64,000 nucleotides of DNA from Octopus vulgaris (lineage: Eukaryota). Below the pieces are notes generated by a model. That model had not been told where the DNA came from. It made no database searches and worked only from the letters and a program-made list of their open reading frames with translations. This document shows, in pieces, positions 44,870 through 59,449 of the stretch. Every line of letters starts with the position of its first letter. Within the stretch, counting starts at the first letter, position 1. Made by a program: the position numbers and the translations under genes. Location of the stretch: the NCBI GenBank assembly GCA_951406725.2, contig OX597817.1, positions 96,038,001 through 96,102,000 on the forward strand, given 5' to 3'.

Positions 44870-45430
44870 CGAAAGCTATTCATTTTCAATCAAAAAACAA
44901 AAAATTATTACAAAGTAATTCATAAACAAAAGAAATTGTGGAGCTTTTGGAGTTCAATTTACAACCGAACATGTCGATGTTGTCACATATCTATGGAAAA
45001 CGTTTTACATGTGATCAGCAGCTACCCCAAAATGTCACCAAGATACTACCTCTCAATGCTGCATAACATTGTTGGTAAAACAATATGCAATGATTTACCA
45101 TTCCAATCAAAATTTTTACCAAATGCAAACAAAACAATCAGATATTGTTGTTTAGAATATGCCGTAATTAGGGTCAACTGTCCTGGTGATATTGATACCT
45201 TTTCGAAAATGAAAGAGAAAGAGGATAATTATGGACACCTTCTTCGAATTCTTCAGACTCTATATACAGATTATAAAGTCGCGGGTATACCAATAATAAT
45301 TAGTGCACTTGCCTTGTGAGTAAATGTCTAAGTGACAATCTGGAAAAGTTAGGAGATTCAGAAAAAGAAAGCAATTACAGATACAATCCGTAAGTAGAAC
45401 AGTAAAAGTATGAAAAACTTCTTTCGAGTT
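44870..45430 (+). mobile_element. R4/Dong LINE 3' fragment
   Basis: CRCC...ENVLHVISSYP...YLSMLHNIVGK; KEDNY...IPIIISAL. Confidence 0.65.
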
Positions 45431-45863
45431 CAAAATATTAACGTTGTTTTTCTTATCTATATTCCGTCAATGGAGCATTGCATTTTGGTTAGTAACCAGC
45501 TCCCTCTTTACACGATGACTTCAAATAATAAAAAAACAGAAGAGAAGATACATATATGCGAATGTGTGTGTGTTTGTGTGTATATATATATATATATATG
45601 TTTTATGTATGTATGTATGCATGTATTTATGTATGCATGTGTGTATCCATACATTTATAAGAGTATATATATATATACTACAAAATTAGAAAATGGAGAA
45701 ACATACTTAAATCAATCAAATATCAACCATCAGATGATACCCAATCAATACTTTATTACACCATTACATAACAGTAAAGGCATTATACAAAATATATAGT
45801 AAATATAATTAGACAATGAAATAGACATATAAAATATAAAATATAATATATAATTATATCATA

Positions 45864-45974
45864 TCTGACAGCTGTTTCAGCCGTAAGGGCAAGCATGCCT
45901 CATTTAACCTATAAGCCATATAAGGCAGGTATAAATGAGACAATAACAAGGATGCCCCACGGCCTCTTCAGAGA
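45864..45974 (-). ncRNA. Type I hammerhead ribozyme motif with very long stem II
   Basis: tct-CTGAAGA-ggccgtggggca...tgcccttacggct-GAAA-cagct-GTC-aga; palindromic stem III ACAGCTGT. Confidence 0.7.
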
Positions 45975-46330
45975 ATTTAATTTATTATAAGTGTGAAAAA
46001 AAATTTTTGTATACATATAAATATAAAAATATAAAATATAAAATATAAAATCGTGTGCATTGACACTCATAATACTACACATATATATATATATATATAC
46101 TCATTAATACAATAATACAAAATAAACAAAACAAAATATATCAATATATATTAACAAACACAGTTATTCTACATATTGGGCTACTAGTTCTAAAAAAAAA
46201 CACACAGGAAAATATATGCACACTCACATTTAAATTAAAATCAGACCTATACATGAAAAATAATAAAAAAACACACAGTTCAGTTCATAAAATTATAAAC
46301 CTGTAAAAGTCAATAAAAATTACTATTAAT

Positions 46331-46389
<59 letters not shown>

Positions 46390-47246
46390 TAATAATAATA
46401 ATAATAGTAATAGATACAATTATGTCTGTACCAAGTACATCCATCGGACATCGACATATCTATGAGTCTGATTATTCAGTCCGCTTGATATAGATTATTC
46501 TAGATTAATTCGATTGGCTTATAGTTTAAAATTTGAATCACAAAAGAAATTTTATGGTTAGTTAGTCAAGAAACGCACATACGCACACGCACATCCACAG
46601 ATCAATCGCACATACATACATAATTATATGTATACACACACACATACACTCATACACATACATATCCACAAACAACGTCAAACACATAAATAAATAAATA
46701 ATAAAAGAGGTATAATCCTAGCTATGCAGCCATCCAGCCTCTCAAAGCGACAACCATGCCACTAAATTAACTAAAGAGATCCACTCACATATTTCCATAA
46801 AATATTTGTTATAAAGATACATATATTTATATATCAAGACATCGAATGTAATTTTCGCAGGGTACATACAGCATGTGACACCGTTTTTTCTGTAGTCAAC
46901 ATAACGTTTACTGATTTCACCGTAATTTGCTATAATCACATGTACGCTAAGTTATAAAGTATAGATTAATTTTTTATAGTATAAATATATATCTTTTCTA
47001 CGTAATAAATCCAATGCCATTATAATATTAATATTTATCCATCAAAGAACCTAACCTACGAACTAATAGAATTACACTCAAATATACATGCCTATAAAAA
47101 TACTCATGTATAGTAGCAGATATACACAAACGCACCGTCTATTTTCATATGTGACTCGCGAGAAAACATTCATAGTACTTATATATAAATATACTTTTAA
47201 GCATCCGTGGACACATAGATAACAAATGTAATAATTAACATGTTCA

Positions 47247-47460
47247 ATATGTGACCGCGTTTGTATCGTTGGCGATTTTCTTTTACCGTCTTCTGTTTCT
47301 TAGATCTTTCCTTTTTCTTTGTTTCTGATGAAGAGCTTGGCTCGAAACGTTAAATTCTCATTCTTTCTTTCCTTTACTGAGCGTCCAATAACACTATACT
47401 TGTTCCACGTCCCGGCGTTGTTGAGTTTTATCTTTGTGTTTTCATGTTTAGATTAACTAT
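47247..47460 (+). mobile_element. Penelope-like terminal repeat (family B) with hammerhead motif at 47321-47355
   Basis: gttt-CTGATGA-a-gagc ttg gctc-GAAAC-GTT-aaat. Confidence 0.72.
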
Positions 47461-47541
47461 ATATATGGTGTGTATATCTATATATGTATATATGTATACA
47501 TATGAAAAAGATATATACATATATATATGTGTGTGTATGTA

Positions 47542-47582
<41 letters not shown>

Positions 47583-47584
47583 CG

Positions 47585-48783
47585 TCATCCCATAAATAAT
47601 GCGTTTTTTATACTTCTTTTATTTTTTAAAATTAAGAGAAATAAAGTTCTTTTTTAATCTAAAATATACTCTCCTTCATTTTCTACAATACTCTTCCATC
47701 TATCTGGTAGACTTACAAGGCCCGTCTTCCAAAATTCACTTGTCCATGATGAAAAATACTCCTCGAGTATTGTTCTGACCGCCCGAATGATTTTGAAAAC
47801 TGCGGAATAAATAATAATTAAATGGCGAATATGGTGGGTGGAGCATAATTTCACATTCAAATTGCTCCAGCCTTTGGAATGACATCCTCGCTATATGTTG
47901 TCGAGCATTATCCTGATGGAAGAACACCTTTCGTCTTGAAACCAAAGATATTCATTTTCCTTCTAACGCTGCTCGCAGTAGATGATCTTTGTTATCGTTT
48001 GGTTTGGGTTTAAAAGTTCAAAGTGAACTAAACTTTTCATATCCCACCAAATAGATAACAACACATTACGTGGGTGAAGACTTCCTTTAGCCTGAGATAC
48101 AGGTGTTTCTCATTTCCTTACCCACTATCTTCGGCGCTTGACGTTTTTATAGAGAACCCATTTCTCATCACTAGTAACTATTCGGTCCAAAAATGTTTCA
48201 TTCGTGAGACGTGACAGCAAAGAAGAGCACATATTCACTCTCTGCACGTGATTAGACTCGTAAAGTTTGTGAGGAAGCCATTGACCCAATTTTTTTTTCC
48301 GATGGCTCGCAGGTGTCAATGAATGGTTGAATGACCAAATCTAAGCGTCTCTGCTAGTTCCTCAACAGGAACCCATCAGGGTTTGCATGACGTCCTCTTC
48401 GATCTCTACAAGTCTTCCAGGACGAGGCTCATCATCTAGGCTGTAGTTTCCGGCTCGGAATTTCTGGAACCACCGTTGACACTAGCTTACGCTTATTGTC
48501 CGATGGCCGTATACTGCATTAAATTCTTCGCACTTTCCGTTGTATTGTTGCCTTTACTGAACTCATAAAGCAAAATATGCCGAATATACTCCTTTGTCAC
48601 ATCCACTATAGCTTTGAAAAAATAACTGTTAAAATCGAACTGCATTCTTCAAAACTTACATTAAGAATAAGGACAGGTAAAATTACTATCTGCTTTTATA
48701 GCAATTTGATGTAAGTAGTTGATACCGTCCCCTTTCGACTTTTAATTCATACAATTGAAAAAACTGCATTTTTTATGGGATGA
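47585..48783 (-). mobile_element. Decayed mariner transposon with both TIRs
   Basis: TIRs tcatcccataaataatgc / gcattttttatgggatga; WLPHKL, IVTSDEKW, HQDNARQH, HPPYSP. Confidence 0.92.
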
Positions 48784-49179
48784 TCCACCCAATATATATA
48801 TACTTATAACAGTATGAATATATATGTGTGTATATGTATGTGTGTGTGTATGTGTGTGTGTGCCCGCTTGCGTGTGTGGCAACAAAGTAAAATAAGACAT
48901 GAAATGTATTAAATAGACTGCTAAATGAAAGTATGATTAATTAGTTTTTTTAATGAAAACCAAGAATTTAAAGAATAAAAATTTATAAGTTATCATTTCT
49001 TACATGAAGATGGTAGTTCAACTAAAATAAATGCAAATGAGGGAAATACTTTCGGAAAAAATGAAAAGTGTTTCTTTTTCTATGTCTTACGACAACTTAT
49101 TTCTTCTACTAGAGGATTTTCGGGGCCGACTGTTACTCAAGAAGAAACAGCAGAAGTAGAAAGTTCTTGGGTCGTATTT

Positions 49180-50620
49180 TTAACGGGTGAATTTCGGCAG
49201 GCCATTTTTCTGGAGCGTTCAGAAGTATTGCAACATTTTTAGCAGAAAAATAATAAACACTCACTCAGCATTCACCGAGAAAAAAATAATACGTACGCCC
49301 AATGAATATGAGCTCACACTCGAAACAAATGAACCTTCTTCAGCTTTTCTCCTTATATGGAGTTTTAGGGTATGGTCTTCATTCTCAGAGTCTTGTTTCA
49401 AGAATTCTGCTTTTTCTTGATTAAACTCCTACACTTCTTTTATTGACAATTCTTTTTTATGCTTCATATCCTCTTCCTTCACCTCCAGGCCCATTGGCGT
49501 ATCAAAACATACAATTTCCTGAACTACGGGCTGTGTATCAAATGTCTCAAATGCCCTTAAAGAGATAGCATCTGGCCCCAACGCTCCCGAAGAAGAGTTC
49601 AAACGCTTAGGAGACACTTTTTCTCATGATTTGTCTATGAAATACACAGCCTCTTCCGAAACTCTTTTAATGTCATGCCCCTAGAGGGAAGATACTTTGT
49701 ATACACTTTTTTTCTTTTCGAAATTTACTATATATTGCTGATAATAAATTATTGCAAAGAAGTGGTATTGAAAAGGCAGGAAATGAACTGTGATCACATC
49801 AGACTCCTATGACATTTCGTCCCAGTCGCTAAATGATTTGCTGAAGCATTGTCTATAGCAAGAAGGTAGTCTTTAAGTTAGCCATCTACTGTGGGGGGAA
49901 ATAGATCAATCAACCAAGCAGTAAATATGTTCCAGGTGACCTAGAACTTCTAGTTAAAAGCCCATTGAAAATTAAACTTGTTATTGTTTATGTTTTTGAA
50001 AGCCTTAGGCTTCCCTGAAAATTAAAACAGAAGTGACGTTATGTTCAAATCATTGAGGCATTGATGCAAAAATGTATGGCTACAACCCTATTGCAATTAA
50101 AATAGTGCTAAAACCAAAAATTACTCTGCTATAAAATCTCACAAAATTCAGCACGGTATTTTTCTACAGCAACTTCGAGCTGGCAGTCTCAGCATGCTTC
50201 ACAGCACTTTGAATACACCAAACATGCTTTAAAAGATTCGAACCAAAGCTTGCTTTGCATCCTTATCAGTTTCAGTCCAAGGGGCATCTTCCTTAAGTTA
50301 TTTATAAAGATACTTAGATTTCTCAATGAAATGCAACACTCACTGATCTTCCATCTCATTTGCATGCATGACACGAATATTATTATGTCCATATATACCT
50401 TTGGCTACCAATGCTCATTGCTTTTCTTAATCAAACAGATAGTAAATTTGGCCAGTCCGTGCTCATCATTTAGATCACTTGAACTAATGCCACTTCCTTT
50501 ATTTTCAAAGTAATATCCGTTTGTATAGGCTTTACGCTTTACTTTCGGCATAATGAATATTCTTGGGAAAAAAGTATAAACCTAAATATCCCCATGTAAA
50601 AATTCTATTGGTTTTGCTTC
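49180..50620 (-). mobile_element. Highly decayed pogo/Tigger-like transposon
   Basis: Fragmentary motifs (VTWNIFTAW; MGLEVKEEDM...KELS). Confidence 0.4.
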
Positions 50621-51249
50621 CAATAAAATAACAAATCAGGATGATGATGTAAACTCGTTTTGATGTACAAAGACTGTGAATAAGAATTATGGATATGTTT
50701 TCTTTTTGGTATCTGTCTACTTTAATTTTTAATTTACTAATTTTCTATGGAAATCTTTCTATGATATCATTTATTATATTTGTCGCCAAATTGATGAAAG
50801 AACACCCGTTATCATGATTTTGTTAAACACTAATTTTCGTTACCAAATTTAATTGAGTAAGCATACTACTTGATGAAATGAAAATATCAATAAATATTTT
50901 ATTGAGCATATAGATAATTTACTAGTTATTGGTTTAATGTTCGAAGCAATTTCTTGATGTAGCAAGCTTTAATCTTCATGGATCATGTTTAATCAACTCT
51001 TAACATCAAAACGCAACATGTAAATTTATTATCCCACTATCCTAAACGGATGTCTCTACTATTCGCTCAAAACATTACACACAATATAAATAACAATAGT
51101 TATCTCATTAAATCTAAATATATCCCACGAGAAAATTACAGAGGAATGGCAGGGACAGTTTTTGTGACTTTGGTAGGTTCTCCAAATCGGGTGAATTCCA
51201 TACGTTTCATGTTCCTCTTCAATTATTGTATGTTGACAGCTGGATGTTA

Positions 51250-52560
51250 AACATAGACTGAGAGAGAGTTCTAGCAGGCCGGCATTCTAGGAAGAAAGGA
51301 AAGATGATGTGCATGGAAAATGCAAGAATTGGAGAGTAGACATTATATGGGGGAAAAGAGGAGAGATGAGCAACACTGGAGTGCCTAGTGGACGGGGCAG
51401 GAGACCAGCCATTCCTCAGAACTGAGGACCACAGATTAGCAGCCGAAAAAGTGGCACATCTGTAGGCTAGAATTTGTAAAGTGTTGGCGAGACTAGTGTT
51501 AATTAGTTAGGTTGTCCTTTTTTTTGGGGGGGGGGGGATGCGGTCTAGGATATTTGTATGAAGCTGCAACGGCGTGCCAGATATGTGAACTACGTTTTAT
51601 CGCAGATCTCACCTAAAGAAGGTTGAGGGCTTGTTACAGGCTTGAGTATTCTCTGGAACTGAAGAGAATGGTAGATATTTTTACAATACTGAGGTGTACG
51701 TTCACCAGGAGAGATCCGCAATTATATGCTGCCAAACATTTTCAGAGAATTAGAGGATTCTAATTGGATGTTGTTCGTATTTTGGATGAGTACACTGTTC
51801 TAACTTAAAGAAGACAAGATCGGCATAATCCTTCTGGAAGATATTTTTGAGGTCCCTATTTATGAAGTTAGTGCAAGTTTTATGTAAGGTGTCTTGGTTG
51901 TATGTAGACTACACTTGGATACAGAGAGTTAGTGAGGAAGGATAAGTCTTCATCTACATAGGAATAGGCAATGCTGAAGGTGACAGCAAGAAGGTCGTTG
52001 TAGTGTAGTAGGAAGAATATGTGGACAAAACCGAACCCTGCTACGCGCAAAAATTTATAGAGTGTGGATTAGAGAGAACTCACGTAGCACACCCTCCATG
52101 ATGTGTCTGACAGGAAACCACTGATCCAAGAGACGGGTGTCGGACCATTAGGTAAACTGTTTCACTTGGATATTCGCGAGACGAATACGGTTGAACTTCG
52201 ACACTGCTTTTATGAAATTTCTCCAGGGCGAAGAACCATTACAGAGTAACAAGCAGAATATGTCTCTAGTAGATATAGCTTTACAAAGACCTCACATGTG
52301 ATCACCGCATACTCAATTCCACTGTTGTCAACATAAGAACATAAACCGCTAGGTTTCTAAATTCACAATACAGTATCAACCAGGCAAAGGTAAAGTATAT
52401 CTGTGGAATGGATCTGTGAATTGCACTCCATTGTTCAAGTGAATACCGTTGTAAACAGGTCATCTCGTCCACAGCTAACCTACGCTACGCACATAACGTT
52501 GAAGAAAATGCAAAGTAATATCTTCTCTAAACTGCAATAGGTATATTCATAAAAGATTAC
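51250..52560 (-). mobile_element. Highly decayed Jockey/CR1-group LINE RT
   Basis: WISGFLSD, QGSVLS, FLLHYNDLL...YVD, SSHIW motifs in order. Confidence 0.55.
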
Positions 52561-53477
52561 AGTACTCATTTAGTGAAGAGAAAAGTGTGACAAATTTGCA
52601 AGGTGTTCAAAAAATGCTGTCGAAATGAGCCACTACATACATACATACATACATACATACATACATACATACATACATACATAATACATGCATACATACA
52701 TGCATTCATGCATATACGCATGTTTTGAAATATCAGAATATAGGATATAGATGCAATATACTACACAGCCCCACACACACTCACACAAACGTGTGTTCAA
52801 ATACACACAACTCATGTATATATATTACTCTTTTACTTGTTTCAGTCATTTGTAAATCGACCCCAACTGTAAATGGAAAGAGCTATTGACCAACATATAC
52901 CCACTTTCATAAGCACCTGTCATTCTCCTCTCACACTCTTATGAACCTAGCCACCCACAACTCCCTATCTTCAGTTCATATGCTCTCTTTTACCCACATT
53001 AAAAGTATGCTCTAACACCTTGTTACAAAAATCTCTCTCTTTCCAGCTACTTCCACCTAGTCTTATATAATTTGATGTAGCCATATACTTTTTCAATAGC
53101 AAGACTCCTGTGTCTGTTCCTTTATCATATTTTAGTCTCAACCCCTGATATAAAACCACTTCCCCTTAGGTAGTTTCTTCTTTGTTGTCTTGCAAGTTAC
53201 TTAACAATTTTTAACTGAGCCAATGTCACAAAAAAGCACCCACTACACTCAGCTGGGATTAGGAAGGGTATCCATAAAATGAAAAAAATGAGATTAATTT
53301 GGTAGAGAGAAGCTATGTGGAAGTTCAATGGACATCTTACCTGACTGCTTCATTTTTTTATGGCTTAGACTCAGATCTAAGCACTTGAGTAAAATATCTA
53401 CAAAAAGAAAAGTCTACACCCTATTTTTGGTAACATACTTAATTCTTTCCTTTTAACCAGATCACTTATTCGTTGGA

Positions 53478-53607
53478 AGCCTAGTACTTATTCTATCGGT
53501 CTTTATTGCCGAACCGCTAAGTTACGGGGAACGTAAACACACCACCATCGGTTGTCAAGCGATGTTGGGGGACAAACACAGACACACAAACATATACACA
53601 CATATGC

Positions 53608-53666
<59 letters not shown>

Positions 53667-53687
53667 TAAATAAATGGTTCAACGAGG

Positions 53688-53729
<42 letters not shown>

Positions 53730-53885
53730 TACAACGGGCTTCTTTCAGTTTCCCTCTACCAAATTCACTCACAAGGCTTTAATCGGCCCGAGGCTATAGC
53801 AGATAACACTTGCCCAATGTGCCACGCAGTGGGACTGAACCCGGAAGCATGTGGTTGGAAAGCAAGCTTCCTTCTACACAGCCGT
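53478..53885 (-). mobile_element. tRNA-derived SINE with internal (TA)n
   Basis: Homologous to 58645-59044. Confidence 0.8.
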
Positions 53886-53904
53886 CCTTTTTGAGTAAAT
53901 ATGA

Positions 53905-54200
53905 TAGATGGAAATTGTGTGGAAGCTCGTCGCGTGTAGGTGTGTGCGTGTGTTTGTGCGTGTGTGTGCATGTGTTTGTCTGTGTATGAGCGTCTTTGTA
54001 CTTGTGATTGCCACCATCAACCAGTTGATAAGCGATGTAGGTTCATTTGTATCCTTGTAATTTAGCAGTTCGACAAATCAAAATGCAATAAATTAAGCAC
54101 CAGACTTACAGTAAGTACAGAAGTCGATTCATTCAACTAAACACTTCGTGGTGGTGCCCCAGTATAACCGCAATCCAATAGCCGGAACAAGTAGCAGAAT
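53905..54200 (+). mobile_element. Diverged SINE 3' half
   Basis: gatggaaattgtgtggaagctcgtcg...tttagcagttcgacaaa...gtcgattcattc. Confidence 0.6.
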
Positions 54201-54340
54201 AAATGCTATCTTAGAAAAGATCTTAGAAAATCAAGCTCATAGCTTTCATCACCTAGCTTTAAAAACCAAATGCATTCCCACCTGCATTATTCTAACCAGC
54301 AGAAGCATCTCCCTCTAGACAGTTTTATATTACTTTATGT

Positions 54341-54396
<56 letters not shown>

Positions 54397-54464
54397 GTAT
54401 CTCATCTTTTTGCATATGTATATCTATATATATATTCTCTATTTTATTTGTTTCATTCATTAAA

Positions 54465-54652
54465 TCGCATTCATGCTAGGGTACCTTCTTAAATAAGTTT
54501 TGATCGAATGAATCTGCACCAGTACTTCTGTTTTAAGCCTAGTTCTTGTTCTATCGGTTTCTTTTGCCGAACCGCTGAGATACAGGGATGTAAACAAACC
54601 AACATCGGTTGTCAAACGGCTTTGCGGGATAAACAGAAGCACAAAGACACAC
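54465..54652 (-). mobile_element. SINE 3' fragment
   Basis: cttttgccgaaccgct...gtaaacaaaccaacatcggttgtcaa. Confidence 0.7.
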
Positions 54653-54659
54653 GATATTA

Positions 54660-55320
54660 CATTTTATGTCTCAGTTTTTCAGGAACAGCTTGTTGTATTC
54701 AGGAACTGTCAACGGCGTTGGAGAGCATAAAGATTAAAGTTGTGGTTGAGAAAAAGTTTGCAGACATGGACGACCAGAAGCTATCTGAATTGGAAAAGAG
54801 TTATCTGTATCATGATGATTCGTGCCATGTATCAGAGTATCGACATCATGGCTCAATGTTCTGTGTACAATGTAAAGACGTGACATGGACAGCTGTAACG
54901 GACGGAGACTACGAGGCCCTGACCTGCAAGAAGAGACACTGCAAGCATTCTGACTGAATCTGCACGTCGTATCTCCACATCTTTGAACAGAGACTTAGGC
55001 CCAATTTCAGATGACTATATGAAACTAATGGGGACTGGTCATATCCTGACTGGTGCGGGTTACTGTGTGGCAGCAGGATTCGGCTCCCGACTTCACCAGC
55101 TCCAATTGCCAGTAACCTAATACCCCCGATTGTAATCCTATGCATTAGTATGTCTAGGGCGCGGTTGAGAAAGACATCAGCTGCACTTACTGCAATACCA
55201 AGGTCAAGCTAGAGGCCAAGATCAAGGAAGTGCTCGAAAATCTTCCCAGGTACACGAGGGAAATATACGCCAGGTTCTGGTGTGATTTGAAGCTATGGTG
55301 GAAAGAGTTACCTCCCGTCC
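54660..55320 (+). mobile_element. Decayed, internally deleted Tc1/mariner maT (DD37D-like) transposase
   Basis: Across frameshifts: MDDQKLSELEK / IMMIRA / GDYEAL...HCKHSD / HIFEQ / VWQQDSAP / PNTPDCNPMH*YV*GAVEK...NTK...KIKEV...RF..EAMVE. Confidence 0.75.
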
Positions 55321-55996
55321 ATAATCTAGTTGATAATTTTTACTTTTTTTAAAATACTTTTGTTTTTGGATGGGATACTGCGTTTTCTTCATCTTGTAAG
55401 TAAACTGAAATTTAGCCCGAACAACTTGTATCATTGTACGTTGTCTATTGGTTTTTTTAGATGATAAAATTGACACTCGGCAAAATTTAAAAAGAAAATA
55501 AAAAAATAGAATTATTTTAGTCGATACTCAGCTATTTCCACCACTCTAGTTGTATTGGGTTGTGTTTCCATACATTCAATGAATTAGAAGTGCATTTATC
55601 TACTAGTAAACAACTTACTTGAAATGTTTCCGCAATTAATATTTTTTTAGTCCTTCCCATCTAGTTTGATAAGCATAAAATTCTAATCGGAAAATGCAAC
55701 TTCAATAATATACATTGCTCCAACATCCGTTTACAATATAGTGGCCCATAAGTAGAGTACTTAAGATCCTTTTTACTTGCATGAAGGCATCCTTTTGTAT
55801 TAATGTGCCATTATAAACGGATTTAGGAGTTTCGAATAATATTGAAATAGGTTTCCGACTAGTATGTCCAAGATGGGAGTGGAGTGCTTGCGCATTCCAC
55901 TTATACATATATATAAACACGCTGCATGACTCAAGTATTCACATGCATGTGTATGCAAACAAGAGCCAGCAAGATCTCAGTAACAAAAGACGCAAT

Positions 55997-56029
55997 ATGT
56001 ACAGAGTTTTTGTACTGACACTAATCTTG
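55997..56029 (+). CDS. Possible first coding exon of a secreted protein (MYRVFVLTLIL)
   Basis: TATATAAA ~85 nt upstream, ATG, basic then hydrophobic signal-like peptide, and a consensus GTGAGT donor. No downstream exon found in the window. Confidence 0.35.
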
Positions 56030-57027
56030 GTGAGTATATTTTTTTAAAATATTAATTACTGTCAGATCTACATCTTCCTTGTAAGTTTCTGCAATGACTT
56101 TGAATTTAATATCCTTATTTTCAAAATGTAAATGAAACTTTTGAGTGATACAACTAGTTTGTTGGTTGTTTTGAGTAGCTTCAAGTTAGCTCTGACTATC
56201 TAAAGACGAGGCACAGTCCATATTTTATACCATGTCTCCATCTAACACAAGAACGTATTGTATAATTTTGCACTGTGGTGATGAATCACTTGATATGTTG
56301 ACTTGTTTTCATTGTCAAATCAATTCGAATGCGATGCTGGTGGAGACAATAGCAGAGACGGCTAAGGTGATCTTGATGTTCGTCTGCGCCTGTTCTTTGT
56401 TGATGTTCATCCTACCACTGTTGCAGCTTCTTCTGTGTGTCTATATCGTTTTCTCTTCTGTCCAGACTGAGCAGGAGAAATGGTGTCTTTAAAGTACTGT
56501 TGTATTAGTTTTTAGCGATACATATGGGTGTTTCGATGAGGTTTTTACGTAACGACAGGGACTGTGGTCTTGAAACTTATATCGCTATGTCCCAGTAGTG
56601 TTTCACTTTTAGTACCTTAGTTTTGTTTATCATTATTTATCTATGTATAACTTGCAATAATGCATAGTGCAAAATTTTGTGTGGTTTGCAATGGGGAGAT
56701 TGGATACGACCGGCATAGTCTAAAATAGCTCGTTTGTATTGTTTATACACCATTTTCTGAATTACAATACTTGACAGTTTGAAAGATTCAATGAGATTCA
56801 ATGGTGTCTTAATGGAGTCTTAAACACAGAAAAAGTTACATGTTAATAAATAAGTTAATGTTTTTAGATGTATTTATGTGATTAGACACAAAGATGCTCA
56901 TGAAAATAAACATAGTAGAAATAGATCGAACTGTATAGTCATTCTTACTTTCTATACCTCCTACCACATTCTAGTTTAAAATGTCTATGAAATATCTTTT
57001 TAAATTGTTGTAATTTTCTGTTATTCT

Positions 57028-57994
<967 letters not shown>

Positions 57995-58013
57995 TGTGTG
58001 TGTGAGTGTGTGT

Positions 58014-58052
<39 letters not shown>

Positions 58053-58540
58053 GAAATGGAGATGTAGCATTTAATAAAGGTTTATTACCAGCAAAAATCA
58101 AACATAGTCCCTTACTCCTGTTCCAATTAAGCCCAATAAAAATTAAATAAATATTATTAAAACCATTGGGTGGGGATCTCTTCAGAGGAGTTCAAAAATT
58201 ATATACTCTTAGGTCTTTTATGTGTTGTATTATAAAATCATCACTGCATACACGAAAATATTATTTATAGCTAATAGCGGTATATGCCTGAGTTAGGGGG
58301 TTTAAGGTTGTTTTAGTGGGTAAGAAATAATATGTAAATATAATTCGGGTGATAATGGATAAATAAATAGAGATTAAATAGTAAATTATAATGAAAAAAG
58401 TATCATATGAATGAGGTGATAAATGAAATACTTTACTAAAATTGAGGAAAACCTTTATAAAATTCATATACAAAAATATATTAACACCGGTCTGACATTC
58501 ATCTTTTACTTCAGTTTCTGTGTGTATATATATGTATATT

Positions 58541-58582
<42 letters not shown>

Positions 58583-58600
58583 GATGTATAAATACATATA

Positions 58601-58644
<44 letters not shown>

Positions 58645-58645
<1 letters not shown>

Positions 58646-59041
58646 TTTTTACTTTTACTTGTTTCTGTCATTTGACTGCGGCCATGCTGGAGCACCGCCG
58701 AGCACCGCCTTTAGTCGAGCAAATCGATCCCAGGATCTATTCTTTGTAAGCCCAGTACTTATTATATCGGTTTCTTTTTGCCGAACCGCTAAGTGACGGG
58801 GACGTAAACACACCAGCAGGGGTTGTCAAGCAATGCTAGAGGGACAAACACAAACACACACATATATATATACATATATACGACAGGCTTCTTTCAGTTT
58901 CCGTCCACCAAATCCACTCACAAGGCATTGGTCGGCCCGGGGCTATAGCAGAAGACACTTGCCCAAGGTGCCACGCAGTGGGACTGAACCCGGAACCATG
59001 TGGTTGGTTAGCAAGCTACTTACCACACAGCCACTCCTGCG

Positions 59042-59044
<3 letters not shown>
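58645..59044 (-). mobile_element. Full-length tRNA-derived SINE
   Basis: ggcgcaggagtggctgtgtggtaag (A box), ggttcagtccc (B box), ccttgggcaagtg body, (AAAAGT)n tail. Confidence 0.9.
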
Positions 59045-59135
<91 letters not shown>

Positions 59136-59139
<4 letters not shown>

Positions 59140-59440
59140 CAATGACCTAGTGGTTAGGGCAGCGGACTACCGGTTGTAAGATCGCGGTTTCGATTCCCGG
59201 ACCGGGCGTTGTGAGTGTTTATTGAGCGAAAACACCTAAAGCTCCACGAGGCTCCGGCAAGGGATGGTGGCGATCCCTGCTATGCTCTTTCGCCACAACT
59301 TTCTCTCGCTCTTTCTTCTGTTGGTCTGCTCGCTTAGCCAGCGGGGTGGCGTCATTTGAAGGCTAAAACAATGCGAAGTGCATTGTGACCAGCGATGTGT
59401 AGCAACATCTGATAGACTGGTCGGTCACGGTCACGGTCAT
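59136..59440 (+). mobile_element. Full-length tRNA-derived SINE (third family)
   Basis: tagtggttagg A box, ggtttcgattcc B box, (GGTCAC)n tail; decayed inverted 3' fragment near 28110-28185. Confidence 0.85.
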
Positions 59441-59449
59441 ATATATATA

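Noticed and set aside
54508-54957. 149-aa Cys/His-rich ORF with a good splice acceptor, resembling an orphan secreted protein exon
   Set aside because: Its 5' part is SINE sequence and the rest continues across frameshifts into QQDSAP/PDCNP maT transposase motifs.
59136-59210. tRNA-like sequence
   Set aside because: It is the head of a SINE, continuing into a body and tandem tail; no full cloverleaf.
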